NCBI RefSeq assembly: GCF_006345805.1
Contig: NC_043003.1
Span: 104,656,001-104,720,000, forward strand
Direction: 5' to 3'
Length of the DNA: 64,000 nucleotides
Source: Octopus sinensis
Taxonomy: Eukaryota
Position numbers and translations under genes: made by a program. Every line of letters begins with the position of its first letter. Position 1 is the first letter of the stretch. The notes under the pieces are model-generated. The model did not search any database. It was not told the DNA's origin and saw nothing but the letters and a program-made list of their open reading frames with translations. Below, piece by piece: positions 49,767 through 64,000 of this stretch.

Positions 49767-50148
49767 GTATGTATATATATCATCATCATCATCATCATCA
49801 TTTAGCCTCCGGTTTCCATGCTAGCATGGGTTGGACGGTTCAACTGGGGTCTGGGGAGCCCGAAGGCTGCACCAGGCCAGTCAGATCTGGCAGTGTTTCT
49901 ACAGCTGGATGCCCTAAGTAAATAACTCCATTTATTTACTTATACTATACAAATTACTGCACATTAACCCAGAGTTTCTATCTTTGAATAGGTCGCTACA
50001 TCCTTGTTACTTGTGTAAATTTTCCAACCTTGGTAACTGTTTATTGAGTTTTCCATGTTAATGATAGACAAATGATAATTCATTCATCCATTTACATATA
50101 TATATATATTAAATATTTGTCTCTCTCACACACACACAAATATATATA

Positions 50149-50181
<33 letters not shown>

Positions 50182-50187
50182 GTATAT

Positions 50188-50510
50188 AAAGACTCCGCCG
50201 GTTACGACGACGAGGGTCCCAGCTGATACGATCAACGGAACAGCTTGCTCGTGAAATTAACGTGCAAATGGCTGAGCATTCCACAGACACGTGTACCCTT
50301 AACGTAGTTCTCGGGGATAATCAGCGTGACACAGAGAGTGACAAGGCTGACCCTTTGAAATACAAGTACAACTCATTTTTGCCAGCTGAGTGGACTGGAG
50401 CAACGTGAAATAAAGTGTCTTGCTCAAGGACACAACGCGTCGCCGGGAATCGAACTCACAACCTTACGATCATGAGCCGAATGCCCTAACCACTAAGCCA
50501 CGCGCCCTCA
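50188..50510 (-). mobile_element. tRNA-derived SINE with CORE/V-like central domain
   Basis: Head GAGGGCGCGTGGCTTAGTGGTTAGGGC...GAGTTCGATTCCC; GTGTCCTTGAGCAAGACACTTT core. Confidence 0.8.
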
Positions 50511-50513
50511 CTG

Positions 50514-50553
<40 letters not shown>

Positions 50554-50858
50554 AAATATGCACGGGCAGCTGAAAATATGTTGAGGTAAAGTTTGTTATA
50601 ACCAGATATCCAGCCTGTTGCCAAGAAACGTAATAATCTCCCAGTCTATCAAACAGCAAATTATCCTGTCATGTTTAAATGGGGACCATAAAACAAATCA
50701 CACCATATGATCAAGGCTCTGTGTGCAAAAATTTGCATAAAATGTCAAGTCATGCTTTCATAGTGGACTCTAAGCAAATGACACCATTAGACAATCACGT
50801 GTCAATGAGGCAAATATGAACTTGCTTATACACATATATTTTATTTGTGCTATTTTGG

Positions 50859-51288
50859 GGATCTTTTCGGTTTGAACGGCAGTTTTTAACATAATTTCTA
50901 GGTAACTAAAACATTTTAAACTTCGTATACTGGTAGAATGTGTTTATAAAACATCTTTTTCTCTTGGCTTTATTGAGAAAATTCTATGGTTTGTAAGATA
51001 TTTGTTGTTTTTTTTTTCTTCAATTTCTGCAATTTCAACCAATCAATGATGTCTATTGAGGTTTAAAAAACATTCTATGCCGTATGACTATGTCCCTCGT
51101 TTAAGAAACAGATTGGGTTTATTTACATTTGTGAAGAAAAAAAGATACCCTTCCCCCACCCCTAACCCTAACTAACACTAACCCTAAAAGAGATTGAAAA
51201 GCAGTAGATCGATTCAAGGGTCATAATTATGAGTGATAATTTCATATTACACCGCCAGCAAAAACTGCCGTTCAAACCAAAAGGATCC
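50859..51288. mobile_element. MITE with ~29-bp TIRs, related to 11762-11989
   Basis: ggatcttttcggtttgaacggcagttttt / aaaaactgccgttcaaaccaaaaggatcc; interior tttatttacatt.tgaagaaaaaa...ccccac..ctaaccctaac. Confidence 0.8.
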
Positions 51289-51554
51289 TATTTTTGTTAT
51301 AAGAATTTAGAAGCTTTAAGAGATACGAAATAAATTATTTTTACTGCTGTAACTCTAAGATATAGAGTAGCATGCAGAATATTGGGTGAATTTTCCGTCC
51401 AAGGAGTTTTTTTTAACCCAGATTTCTATCTGCTATTACTTATCACTTTATCTACTTCAATAACAATAAACAAGATGAGGACAGCTATCTGTCCATTGTA
51501 AATAATGTATGTATATAATTCCTCATCTCAAAAAAATAGGTAAAAAAAGTATTT

Positions 51555-52981
51555 GCTCTTTTACTTGTTTCAGTCATTTGACTGCGGCCATGCTGGAGCA
51601 TCGCCTTTAGTCAAGCAAATCGACCCCGGGACTTATTCTTTGTAAGCCCAGTACTTATTCTATCGGTCTCTTTTGCCGAACCGCTAAGTGACGGGGACGT
51701 AAACACACCAGCATCGGTTGTCAAGCAATGCTAGGGGGACAAACACAGACACACAAACACACACGCATATATATATATATACATATATACGACAGGCTTC
51801 TTTCAGTTTCCATCTACCAAATCCACTCACAAGGCATTGGTCGGCCCGGGGCTATAGCAGAAGACACTTGCCCAAGATGCCACGCAATGGGACTGAACCC
51901 GGAACCATGTGGTTGGTTAGCAAGCTACTTACCACACAGCCACTCCTGCGCCTATATATACTTGTTTCAGTCATTTGACTGCAACCATGCTGGAGTACCG
52001 CCTTTAGTCAAACAAATCGACCCCAGGACTTATGCTTTGTAAGTCTAGTGCTTATTCTATGGGTCTCATTTGTTGAACTGCTAAGTTACAGGGACGTAAA
52101 CACACCAACAATGGTTTTCAAGCGATGGTGGTGGGGAGCAAACACAGCACAAACATACACACACACACACACATGAGGGGATTCTTTCCTTCTACCAGAT
52201 ACACCCACAAGGCTTTGGTTGGCCTGAGGCTATAGTAGAAAACGCTTGCCCAAGGTGGTACTGAACCTGGAACCATGTGGTTGGAAAGCAAGCTTCTTAC
52301 CTCACAGCCACTCCTGCACCTATATACATACATATATATAATTATATATATATATATATATTCTTTTATTCTTTTACTTGTTTCAGTCATTTGACTGTGG
52401 CCATGCTAGAGCACCACATTTAGTTGAGCAAACCAACGCCAGGACTTCTTTGTAAGCCTAGTACATATTCTATCGGTCTCTTTTTCCTGAACCGCTATAT
52501 TACGGGGGCGTAAACACACAAACATTGGTTGTGAAGCAATGTTTGGAGAACAGACACAGAAACATATACACACACACACACATGCACATATATACACGCT
52601 GGGCTTTCAGTTTCCGTTTACCAAATCTGCTCACAATGCTTTGATCGGCCCGAGGCTATAGTAGAAGACACTTACTCAAGGTGCCGCGCAGTGAGACTGA
52701 ACCCGGAACCATGTGGTTGGTAAGCAAGCTTACTCCTGCGCCTATATATATTTATATTCTTTTATTCTTTTACTTGTTTCAGTCATTTTGACTGCAGCCA
52801 TGCTGGAGCACTGCCTTTAGTTGAACAAATCGACCCCAGGACTTATTCTTTGTAAGCCTCGTACTTATTCTATCAGTCTCTTTTGCCTAACCGCTAAGTT
52901 ACGGGGGACATAAACACACCACCATCGGTTGTCAAGCAATGGTGGGGGGACAAACACAGACACACAAATATATACATACAC

Positions 52982-53027
<46 letters not shown>

Positions 53028-53100
53028 CGGGCTTCTTTCAAATCCATTCACAAGGCTTTGGTTGGCTCGAGGCTATATTGGAAGACACTTGCCCAAGGTG
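51555..53100 (-). mobile_element. Four head-to-tail family A SINEs
   Basis: Copies at ~51555-51952, 51960-52320, 52365-52743, 52755-53100, same orientation, short TA linkers. Confidence 0.9.
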
Positions 53101-53335
53101 ACACAAAGTGCAGTAACTGTACAACAGAATGCACATGTGCGAAAAAATGTGCTTAATTGTTTGACTAAACTCTTCAAGGCAATGCCCTTGTATGGCTGGA
53201 GTCCAATGATTAAAATAAGCGAGGGATAAAACATAACGGAAATGTGTGTGTGTGTGTGTAACCCTTCAAGGCAGTGCTCCAGCATGGCTGCAGTCAAATG
53301 GCTGAAACAAGTGAAAGAGTAAAAGAATATACATG

Positions 53336-53415
<80 letters not shown>

Positions 53416-53494
53416 TACATACATACATACATATATATATTATATATAATATATATATATATACACACACACACACATGTATACATACATATAT

Positions 53495-53558
<64 letters not shown>

Positions 53559-53611
53559 TATATATACACATGTATACATACATACATACACATATATATA
53601 TAATATATATA

Positions 53612-53990
53612 TCATCATTGTTGTTTAACATCTGTCTTCCATGCTGGCATGGGTTGGACGGTTTGACTGAGGACTGGCAAACCATGAGGTTGCACTAGGC
53701 TCCAATCTGATTTGGCAAGGTTTCTACTGCTTGATGCCCTTCCTAACGCCAACCAATACAAGAGTGTAGTGGGTACTTTTCACATGTCACTGGCACTAGC
53801 ATTGGTAATGCTTGAATGATGCTTTTTATATGTCACCGACACAGGAGCCAGTCAGGCGGCACTGGCATTGGCCACACTTAAATGGTGCTTTTTATGTGTC
53901 ACCAGCACCGGAGCCAGTTAGGTAGCACTGGTGCCTGTAGCACTTGAATGATGCTTTTTACGTGTCAATCGTTGGCACTGGCATCAGCAT
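53612..53990 (-). mobile_element. RTE LINE 3'-end fragment with ~3-4 units
   Basis: Tail signature and degenerate 68-bp-type units. Confidence 0.8.
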
Positions 53991-54061
53991 ATATACACAC
54001 ACCACACACACACACACACCACACACACACACACACACATATATATATACATGTATACACA

Positions 54062-54588
54062 TCTATTATATAAAATCCGTTCTGTCTGTGTGTGTGTCTT
54101 CTACGATCTCGGGCATCCTCCATTCGATTGCACTCCAATTTGATAAGTAGATACCGACGGTATCAGGGCATGTATAAGTCTTGAAGAAATTATAAAAATC
54201 AATTCCAGGTGAGAATGCAATCGATAAAGCCGTTTTTGTCCTGCTTTTCTTCCGTCAACCTTTACATAACTGCACCTTCCATTTTTTGTTGTTTTTGTAC
54301 TGCTTACTGTTTAAACCATGTTTGTGTTCTCCCAGTCAACGGCCTTATCATTACTGGTACTTTAAACTCTTCAGTTGCATATTTGTGTGTATAAAATCGA
54401 TTTCCTTTGGAATAGAAAAAAAAATCCATCTTTATTTCTTCTTTTGCTGGTGTCTCAAATTTAGGTTAAATCAGTGTTTCTCAAAGGTGAGGCCTATGGG
54501 ACGGTCGAACAAGTTGTTTTGAGAAAATTTGGTTTAAATGTTTGACAACTCAGCACCGTCCATTGGACGGGGGTGGGCATTTTGCTCG
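54062..54588 (+). mobile_element. Non-autonomous Helitron
   Basis: 5' A|TCTATTATATAAAA plus gtct/gt repeat; 3' hairpin ccgtccattggacgg, then CTCG|T (degenerate CTAG). Confidence 0.7.
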
Positions 54589-54927
54589 TGTATATATATA
54601 TATATATATATCACCGTGACCGACCAGGCTATCAGATGTTGCTACACATCGCTGGTCACAATGCGTTTCGCATTGTTTTAGCCTTCAAATGATGCCACCC
54701 CGCTGGCTAAGCGAGCAGGCCAACAGAAGAATGAGTGAGAGAAAGTTGCGGCGAAAGAGTACAGCAGGGATTGCCACCACCCCCTGCCAGAGTCTCATGG
54801 AGCTTTAGGTGTTTTCGCTCAATAAACACTCACAATGCCTAGTCTAGGAATCGAAACCGTGATCCTATGACCGCGAGTCCGCTGCCCTAACCACTAGGCC
54901 ATTGCGCCTCCACACACACACACACAT

Positions 54928-54962
<35 letters not shown>

Positions 54963-55351
54963 AATACACAATTATCATCATTTAATATACACTTTTCCAT
55001 GCTTGCATGGGTCAGGCTGTATCTGTTAGGATAGACTTTGTATAGTTTGATGCTCTTCCTGTTGCCAACTCTTACCTGTTTCTATGTAAAGTAATATTTC
55101 CCCGTGTAGACTAGAAATGAACAACCCCACTTGTATGATGGTGATGCTCATTTACAGTCGTCAACGTGTGATCATATGTGTACCCATAAATAATTATGTA
55201 ATGAACTTCATTAGCTAATGAAGATCATTACACAATTTCTTGTTCCCTTGTCAGTTATATAAACTCTTATTATGCTCTGCACTTGACTATTGCAATGCCT
55301 AAGCATGTATGTATGTGTGTGTATATATATAAATATATATATAAGTTCAGC

Positions 55352-55617
55352 AAAAATTTAGATTCAGTTGAATATGGTACTTAAGTTAAAGGCACCAGAA
55401 TTTGGTATGGTGTTATCCATATAAATCAAATGGGGTGATTATAATCAAAATAAGCAACAAGGATATCCAAGGTAGTGTAGTACAATCGTTTCATGCTACT
55501 TCATTTAATTAAACAATGTAAGTAAAACTGATGTAATACTTGCATTGTTTAATTAAATGAAGTAGCATGAAACGATTGTACTACACTACCTTGGATATCC
55601 TTGTTGCTTATTTTGAT
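55352..55617. repeat. Fold-back (81-bp arms 55444-55524 / 55537-55617, one mismatch) plus tail; family of 18336
   Basis: Reverse-complement arms; tail is the reverse complement of 18681-18775. Confidence 0.88.
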
Positions 55618-55621
55618 ATAT

Positions 55622-58075
55622 ATCATCATCATCGTTTAACATCTGTTTTCCATGCTAGCACGGGTTGGACAGTTCAACCGGGGTCTGGGAAGCCAGGAGG
55701 CTGCACCAGGCTCTAGTCTGATCTGGCAGTGTTTCTGCAGCTGGATGCCCTTCCTAATGCCAACCACTCCATGAGTGTAGTGGGTGCTTTTTACGTGCCA
55801 CCGACACAGGTGCCAGAGGAGGCTGGCAATGGGCATGATCAGTTGGTGCTTTTTACGTGTCACCAGCACAGAAGCCAGTCAAGGCGGTGCTGGCATCGGC
55901 CACATATGGGTGGTGCTTTTTATGTACCACCGGCACAGGTATCACAACTATAATTTCCATTTGATATTTATTTTGATGTTGATGTACTTGACTCACTATG
56001 TCTCCTCAAGCACAGCAGGTCACCCTACGATCCAAGGTAAGCACAGCAGGTCGTCCTGCAATCCAAGGCACTTTGGATGGGCTGGGGCTTCTCTGTGAAG
56101 CTGGTGCAGGAAGCAGCCATGAACTCACATTATTTGTTGAGTCTTTGCAGTCACAGCATATCTCCAGAGATCTCGGTCTTTCCCCCATTGCCTCTGTGAG
56201 GCCCAACGTTCGAAGGTCATGCTTGACTACCTCATCCCATGTCTTCCTGCGTCTACCTCTCCCCCTGATACCTTCAACTGTTTGGGAGTGGCACTTCTTC
56301 ACACATCTCTCCTCATCCATCCGCAGTACATGACCATACCAGCGCAAATGTCTCTCTTGCACACCACATCTGATGCTTCTTATGTCCAGCATTTCTCTCA
56401 GGGCGCTTACACTCTGTCGTGCGTGCACACTGACATTACACATCCAGCGGATCATGCTAGCTTCATTTCTTTCAAGTCTACGCATGTCCTCTGCAGTCAC
56501 AGCCCATGTTTCACTACCGTGAAGCATGGCAGTTCGAACACATGCGTTATACAATCTACCTTTCACTCTGAGCAAGAGACCTGTTGTCACCAGTAGGAGT
56601 AGGAGCTTTCTAAGCTTTGCCCAGGCTATTCTTATTCTAGTGGTAACACTCTCTGAGCATCCACCCCCACTACTAACTTGGTCACCTAGGTAGCAGAAAC
56701 TATCATCTACTGCTAGTTTCCTCCCCAGGAGTGTAATGGAATCTGTTTTCTGGGTATCAATGGTGTCTATTGCACCTGTGCATCTGCCACACACGAAAGC
56801 TATCTTCTCGGTTAATTTTCCTTTGATGGTGCTGCACCTCTTATGTGTCCATAGCTTACACTGGGTACATCTTATGGAGTTTCTAACTACACCTTTTCTA
56901 CTGATCGAGCAGGGCCACCTACCTGAAAGGGTGTGTGGTGTGTTTGTCTTCCTACTTACTATAACTTTGGTCTTTGCTACATTGACTCTAAGGCCTTTTG
57001 ATTTTAAACCTTGCTTCTACATCCAAAATTTCTTGTCTAGTTCCGGTAGTGATTCTGCTATGAGGGCCAGGTCATCAGCATAGAGGAGCTCCCAGTCTTG
57101 AATTCCTCTGTTATTGCCTGGAGGACTATGATGAATAAAAGGGGACTGAGGGCTGAACCTTGGTGAACCCCTACTTCTACCCGGAATTCTTCACTATACT
57201 CATTGCCAATCCTAACCTTGCTGACAGCCTCTCTGTATAGGGCCTGTACAACCCTTATTAACCATTTGTCAATCTCCAGTTTCCGCATCGCCCACCAGAT
57301 AAGGGATTGAGGGACTCTGTCAAAGGCTTTCTTGAAGTCCACGAAAGCTATGTAGAGGGGTTTATCTTTAGCTAGGTATTTCTCCTGCAGTTGTCGAACC
57401 AGGAATATAGTATCAGTGGTGCTTCTACCCGGCACAAAACCGAACTGCATCTCATCTAAGCAGACTCTCTCCCTAATGAGATGGGCTATGACCCTCTCTG
57501 TGACCTTCATCACCTTATCCAACAGTTTAATACCCCGTAGTTATTTCTATCTAAAGCATCACCTTTACCTTTGTAGCAGTTGACTATAGTGCTGCTACGC
57601 CAGTCATTGAGTATGACTCCATTATGAACTACCTGGTTTACAATGCAGGTGACTAGGCCATAGCCCACACCACCAGATGTTTTAAGCATCTCAGCAGTGA
57701 TTCCTGATAGGCAGGGGGCTTTTCCTGGCTTCATACCCTTAAATGCTTTAAGTACTAGGGAGCTGTCTATTGGGATAGCTGGTACCTCTACTGGGTCAAC
57801 ATTTGGCAGGCTCTCCTCCTCCCATTCATTCTCCACATTCAGCAGTCTTTCATAATGGCTTCTCCAAGCTTCTTTCTTTTCAGAAACACTGAAAGCAATG
57901 CACCATCATCCATGCGGACGCATTTCTCTCCTGTAACATCACTATTTTCTCTCACACACTGTCTTTCAATCCGAAATACCTCAGTTCTTTGGTCCTCACG
58001 TCGCTGGACATTAGCAAAGTTCTTCTCTGCTTCACCCTTGGCTATGTATACCTGCCGCCCACCCTCCCTTCTGGC
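55622..58075 (-). mobile_element. RTE LINE, 5'-truncated, frameshifted RT, with (GAT)n tail
   Basis: ORFs 57058-57522 (QFGFVPGRSTT, FVDFKKAFDRV, GVHQGS), 57510-57836, 56006-56794 (RLRWYGHVLRM-type C-terminus). Confidence 0.92.
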
Positions 58076-59399
58076 TAGCTGGTACTTTATATATATATAT
58101 ATACATTCATAAATGAGGGTGAAAAATTAGATATTAATTTAATAATACCATCAGTTTAACACCAAGTGGCCTAGCACATAAAAAACCAGGGAGACAATAC
58201 AAATTTATACGTAAATATAAGAGAGTTACCATTAAGTGGTTAACTCTAGTGCTAGAAATAGGTCCTTATTCTGGTATAGCCACCGAAGTAGTTTCCACAA
58301 AAGAAATAACATTACCTTCAACGTATGGAAAGCGAAATACAACGAAAAGATAAATATATCACTGTGACCGACCAGGCTATCAGGTGTTACTACACATCGC
58401 TGGTCACAATGCGCTTTGCATTGTTTTATCCTTCAAGTGACGCCACACCGCTGGCTAAGCGAGTAGGTCGACAGAAGAAAGAGTGAGAGAAAGTTGGGGC
58501 GAAAGAGTACAACAGGGGTCGCAACCACCCCCTACTGGAGACTCGTGGAGCTTTAGGTGTTTCCATTGAATAAACACACACAACGCCCAGTCTGGGAATC
58601 TAAACCACAAGTCCGCTGCCCTAACCACTGGGCCATTGCGCCTCCACACACACACACACACACTTATATATATATAGGTATCAAGTTAGAGGGGTTTAAT
58701 AGCTCTAAGGGATAATTAAATCCAGAGTCGCTCCTGGCTGTTAGCTGGGTAGGTACAGTCTTTTGTAAGGTTGTATGGTAGCAAGTGGTTTGGTTGGTAA
58801 ACCGAAGTTTAGGTTATACAGGAGAAGAAAATGGATATAATAACAATGGAAACTCGTGGTTTATACTGGTATGTCTTTAATTAAATAGGTAATAAAGAAG
58901 CCTTGTGAGTGGATTTGGTAGACGGAAACTGAAAGAAGCCCGTCATATATATGTGTGTGTGTGTCTGTGTTTGTCCCACCAACATCGCTTGAAAACCGAT
59001 GCTGGTGTGTCTACATCCCTGTAACTTAGCAGTTCCACAAAAGATACCGATAGAATAAGTACTAGGCTTACAAAAAATAAGTCCTGGGATCAATTTGGTT
59101 GACTAAAGGCATTACTCCAGCATGGCCACAGTCAAATGACTGAAACAAGTAAAAGAATAAAAGAATATATGTTTGTCCCCTCACCATCGCTTGACAATCT
59201 ATGTTGGTGTGTTTACATCCCTGTAACTTAGTGGTTCGGCAAAAGAAACCGATAGAATAAGTACTAGGCTTACAAAGAATAAGTCCTGGGGTTGATTTGT
59301 TCAACTAAAGGCAGTGCTCCAGGATGGCCGCAGTCAAATGACTGAAACAAATAAAAGAATGAAAGAATATATATATATATATATATGTTTTTCGATCGG

Positions 59400-59630
59400 A
59401 TAACAAACACCATCCGATCGTGGCCGTTCGCCAGCCTCGTCTGGCACCTGTGTCGGTGGCACATAAGAAAACACCGAAAACACCATCCGAGCGTGGCCGT
59501 CTGCCAGCCTCGTATGGCACCTGTGTCGGTGGCACATAAAAAACACCATCCGAGCGTGGCTGTCTGCCAGCCTCGTCTGGCACCTGTGTCGGTGGCACAT
59601 AAAAAACACCATCCGAGCGTAGCCGTCCAA
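59400..59630 (+). repeat. Three to four 63-bp-type RTE UTR units without a tail
   Basis: Reverse complement of the units at 48827-49015. Confidence 0.85.
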
Positions 59631-60222
59631 ACTTCTACAGTTAGATGATTTTCCCTCAACTATTTCTAAGTTGTGTGTGCTGGATGCTTTTACATAGCAG
59701 TGCATGAGTGTTTTTTACAGGGTACCAACTTTTCAACCATCCTCCATCTCTCTCTTTGTCTCTTCTACACTCTAGCAACCTCCGTCCCCTCACATTCCTG
59801 GGTTTTCTGACTCCTCCCTCATCCACTTCTTCTACTTTGAAAGTCCACACAGACATCTCATCGCCACTATTTATTTATTTCTTCCCTGTTCCACTCCAGT
59901 CACCCCACTCCAAAATAAGTAGTTATGTGGCCCTCTGCTAGAATCAAAAATCTGTTTGCTATGGTCCTTTCTCTCATACCCTCACTCCTCATCTCTCAGC
60001 ATAAAGCCAACCCTCAGGGTTCAAAGTCTTGCATATGCTCATGACATAAAAAATTCTCCTAACACATGCTGTAAAGTGTTTGGCATTAGGAAAGGCATCC
60101 AGTTATAGAAACCACGTCAAACTAGACAGTTGGGCAAAATGTAGTCCTTGGAACCATCAAATCTTGTCAAAGCATCCAACCCATACCAGCACGAAACATG
60201 GACATTAAATGATAGTGAAGCT

Positions 60223-60254
<32 letters not shown>

Positions 60255-60255
<1 letters not shown>

Positions 60256-60880
60256 TGCCAGGAGCGTAACCAGCCCACTTGTGTGTACCTTTTTCTTCTT
60301 TGGACACTAAACTCTGCTTGCGAAGACCTGTTGAAGCAAGTGAAATTGAAATCAAAATCAAAGTGAAATTTGATGACAGGCACGAGCACGATCGTTGACA
60401 GAGCGGCTAACCGGCTTCGGTGCCAGTGGTACATAAAAGGCACCATTCGAGTGTGATTGTTACCAGCTTCACCTTACTGGCACTTGTACCCCATGCTAGT
60501 AGGGTGCCAAGAGCACAATCGAGCGAGATCGTTGCCCCAGAGCAGCTAACTGGCTTCCATGCCAGTGGCATGTAGGAGGCACCATTCAAGCGTGATCGTT
60601 ACCAACGTCACCTTACTGGCACCTGTGCCGTTGGCATGTGTAAAAAGATTCGAGCGAGGTCATTGCTAGTACCACCTGACTGGCCCCCGTGCTGGTGGCA
60701 CGTAAAAGCACCCACTACACTCTCGGAGTGGTTGGCGTTAGGAAGGGCATCCAGCTGTAGAAACTCTGCCAGATCAAGACTGGAGCCTGCTGCAGCCATC
60801 TGGTTCGGCAGCTCTCAGTCAAAATCGTCCAACCCATGCTAGCATGGAACGCAGACGTTAAACGATGATGATGATGATGA
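60255..60880 (+). mobile_element. RTE LINE 3' UTR, complete with ~5 degenerate units and (GAT)n tail (shorter copy at 62745-62920)
   Basis: Same start as 20050-20300, continuing to ...cagacgttaaacgatgatgatgatgatgat. Confidence 0.88.
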
Positions 60881-61346
60881 TATATATATACATTATTTAA
60901 GCAAGTCATTATGACAATATGCACTCTGTAGTATAATGCTGTACGCCCACACACATTTATATCAGTTAGGATTTACGCACATTACTGCTTATTGCTGTCA
61001 CATGTATTTTACTTACAGTGAACTGCTAAGTAGTACAGCTGGCCATTGAATGACGACAAGGATATAAGAAGAACCGGTTTGCGGTTCGCAGCGCCTGCTT
61101 TGTTGGTCTCTGTAGCTGAGAGGAGACAATCACTCCAAAATGTATGCATACCAGTGTGGTTACGGGTCAGCGTGAGCTGACATGGTGTATTTACACCTGT
61201 TTGTCTACAGCAAGAAATTTTCTCTCTGACAAAATACAGTGAATGTCTTTCTTACAGGTTCGAATATGCTTTAAGCATATTTGACCTGGTCACAAGTTTG
61301 TGTTTATGTACATCACTGCTTAATGCTGTTATCCTGTATATATATA

Positions 61347-61545
61347 AACAATATTTTATAATTATGATTATAATTAGGATTCAGCAAAATTTACTTCACC
61401 ACATACCAAATCTTTGCTGAACCCTAATTAAAATTATACTCGTAATTATAAAATATTGTTCAAGTTTACCAAGAAATGGTCCTTTTTCATGCCGAATTCT
61501 ACTTGGTGAAATTATTAATTACTAGTTAATTAATTAATTTTACCC
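61347..61545. repeat. Imperfect fold-back (61347-61460) plus tail next to TA/TTA tracts
   Basis: aacaatattttataattatga / tcgtaattataaaatattgtt and taattaggattcagcaaa / tttgctgaaccctaatta. Confidence 0.7.
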
Positions 61546-62244
61546 TTTATTATTATTATTATTATTATTATATTATTATTATTATTATTATTCTATATAT
61601 ATATATATAGTACCCATATATGCATGTATATATATATGTAAGTATGTACATATATGTATGTATATATGCATATATTTATATATTATTTATATTATATGTG
61701 TGCGTGTATGTGTATATCCGTGCATGTCTCTGTGTTGGTGTTTGTCCCCCACCACTGCTTGAAAATTGGTGTTAGTGTGTTTATGTCTCTTTAACTTAGC
61801 TGTTCAGCAAAAGAATTCGATAGAATAAATATAAGGCTTTAAAAAATTTAAGTACTAGGGTCAATTCATTCGTCCCCCAAAAATTCTTCAAGGCGGTGCC
61901 CTAGCATGACTGCAGTGTAATGACTAAAACAAGTAAAAAATAAAACATACAGGCGGTGCTCCAGCACGGCCGCAGTCAAATGGCTGAAACAAGTAAAAGA
62001 GTAAAAGAGAGATATGAATTTATAAATGCACGCACGCACGCACACACACACCACACACACACACACACACACGCACACACACACACACACACACACACCC
62101 ATCTGTTGCTTATTCAGTAAGCATGAAACTGGCAGCTTCCAAAAGAATCCACTACTGCTAATAACAATTGTATCATTTGCATAATTCAGGAATCTCCTTT
62201 CACTGCGCTTCTATTTAGTATTTAATAAATTGAATGTTCCTCAT

Positions 62245-62275
<31 letters not shown>

Positions 62276-63463
62276 AATGCAGATCTAAAATTGTTTAACA
62301 TTAGTTATTATGAGTTGTGGTTGACGAATTAATGCTTGACTTGTTTGCTCACGTGTGTGTGTGTGTTTTATTTGCTTCAGTGGCACAAGATCATGCTTAT
62401 TTATAGTAGTAAGAACATCAGATTTTGTGACAGCTATGGAATTCCTGAAGGGCATTTAAAATGAATGGGCTTTTGACCCCCTTTTTTTTTTGGTGGTGGT
62501 GGTGGTGGTTGTGGGGTTATGAGTGAGGAAGGGTTCACCAAGGGTGTGCTACTCAGCACTGGGTAGCCTATAAATGCTACTGAGTTGCAGATATAACTCC
62601 CTCCACTCCTTATCAAATATCGCCTCCCACCTTTCTTATATATTCTTTCTCTTGTCCCAGAGATACAGGCTTCAAGATTTTTATTTTATTTTATTTTCTC
62701 ACATTAACTCCAGAATTATCGAATATAAATGGACGACTCCTCTGGCACGTAAAAAGCACCCACTACACTCACGGAGTGGTTGGCGTTTGGAAGGGCATTC
62801 AGCTGTAGAAACACTGCCAGATCAAATTGGAGCCTGGTGCAGCCTCCTGGCTTCCTAGACCCTGGTCGAACCGTCCAACCTGTGCTAGCACGGAAAACAG
62901 ACATTAAACGATGATGATATAAAAATACAACAGATTTCGGTATAGTTTTTATCTGCCCTGGGCTATAGGAGAATCCACATGCTCAAAGTACCGCATGGTG
63001 GAATCAAACTGAAATCCACCTGGCTGCGAAGCAAGCTTCTTAGTCGCAAAGCCGAGCCTTTCCCGAAATTGTTCTTTAAATTTACAGTTTATACTCTTTT
63101 ACTTGTATCAGTCATTTGACTGCAACTATGCTGGAACATTGACTTAACGGGTTTTAGTTGAAGAAATTGACCCCAGGACTTATTCTTTGTAAGCCTAGTA
63201 CTTATTCTATTGGTCTCTTTTCCTGAACCGCTAAATTACGGGGACATAAACACACCAACATCGGATGTCAGGCGATGGTGGGAGGACAGACAGACAGACA
63301 CACACACACAAATTTATGTATGTATGTATGTATGTTTTAGTTGCCAATTTTGTACAAGACATTGTAGATCTTTGGCTGGGCTAAAAAGTCACATTCGATC
63401 ACAGCACCAGTAACAGTTAAGCTTCATGCAATGGCCATACTCGATAACGAGGGGTTAGCCATA

Positions 63464-63500
<37 letters not shown>

Positions 63501-63678
63501 ACTGGCTTCTTTCAGTTTCCTTCTACCAAATCCACTCACAAAGCTGCAGTAGAAGACACTTGTGTAAGGTGCTACACAGTAGGACCGAACCTCGTAACCA
63601 TGTGGCAGGGAAGGAAGTTTCTTACCACACAGCCATGCCTGTGCCTATAAAGGCAGTTCAAAATAGTTTTATAAATTA

Positions 63679-64000
63679 CTAGCACTATGACCTGGCATTG
63701 CTGGGTCATAGTGCTAGTGTATGCATATACATCTGTGTGCATGCGCACATACACGCGAGTACTGTCCAAATCTCCGACCAATCACATACAGCTAGCTGGC
63801 ATTCAATTGGCGTATCAAGTTTCAGGCATTTTGATTGGGTTTTGAATAGAAAATTCACAAAAAAGTCACTTCCATTGATTTTTTTTAATGGCTTTGCGGG
63901 GTGACTGGGGAAATGTAAAGATGTGCACGACCACCCTTGGACGGTTTTGAATGACCATAGAAAGTGTGAGCCCTCTAACTGAAAAATTGTGGATTTGTAT
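63679..64000 (-). mobile_element. Non-autonomous Helitron 3' part, runs off the right edge
   Basis: 15-bp terminal stem actagcactatgacc/ggtcatagtgctagt including CTAG|T; homologous to 23493-23858. Confidence 0.82.

Overview
AT-rich, repeat-dense animal genomic DNA. The repeat families, (TA)n/(CA)n/(GAT)n tracts and SINE types match what I recall from octopus genomes; that assignment is inference, not a database result. Only one cellular gene can be supported: the first two coding exons of a TXNDC15-like thioredoxin-domain gene on the minus strand (11569-11512, 5645-4877), with later exons off the left edge. The rest is mobile DNA: RTE-clade LINE copies and their (GAT)n-tailed 3' fragments, Ty3/Gypsy pol and gag relics, a decayed autonomous Helitron plus four non-autonomous Helitrons, Tc1/mariner relics, MITEs, four tRNA-derived SINE families and microsatellites. 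Two things stand out. (1) Several unrelated non-coding elements anchored in (TA)n tracts carry type I hammerhead-ribozyme-like motifs, and some form near-perfect fold-back palindromes; the clearest is a 132-bp perfect palindrome at 49145-49276 with a complete-looking hammerhead on each strand. They are probably Penelope-like or retrozyme termini. (2) A ~2.5-kb array of ~35 near-identical 68-bp units grew out of a variable internal repeat of the RTE 3' UTR. The very long ORFs over that array and the Y/I/M/C-rich ORFs are repeat artefacts. All alignments and folds were done by eye.
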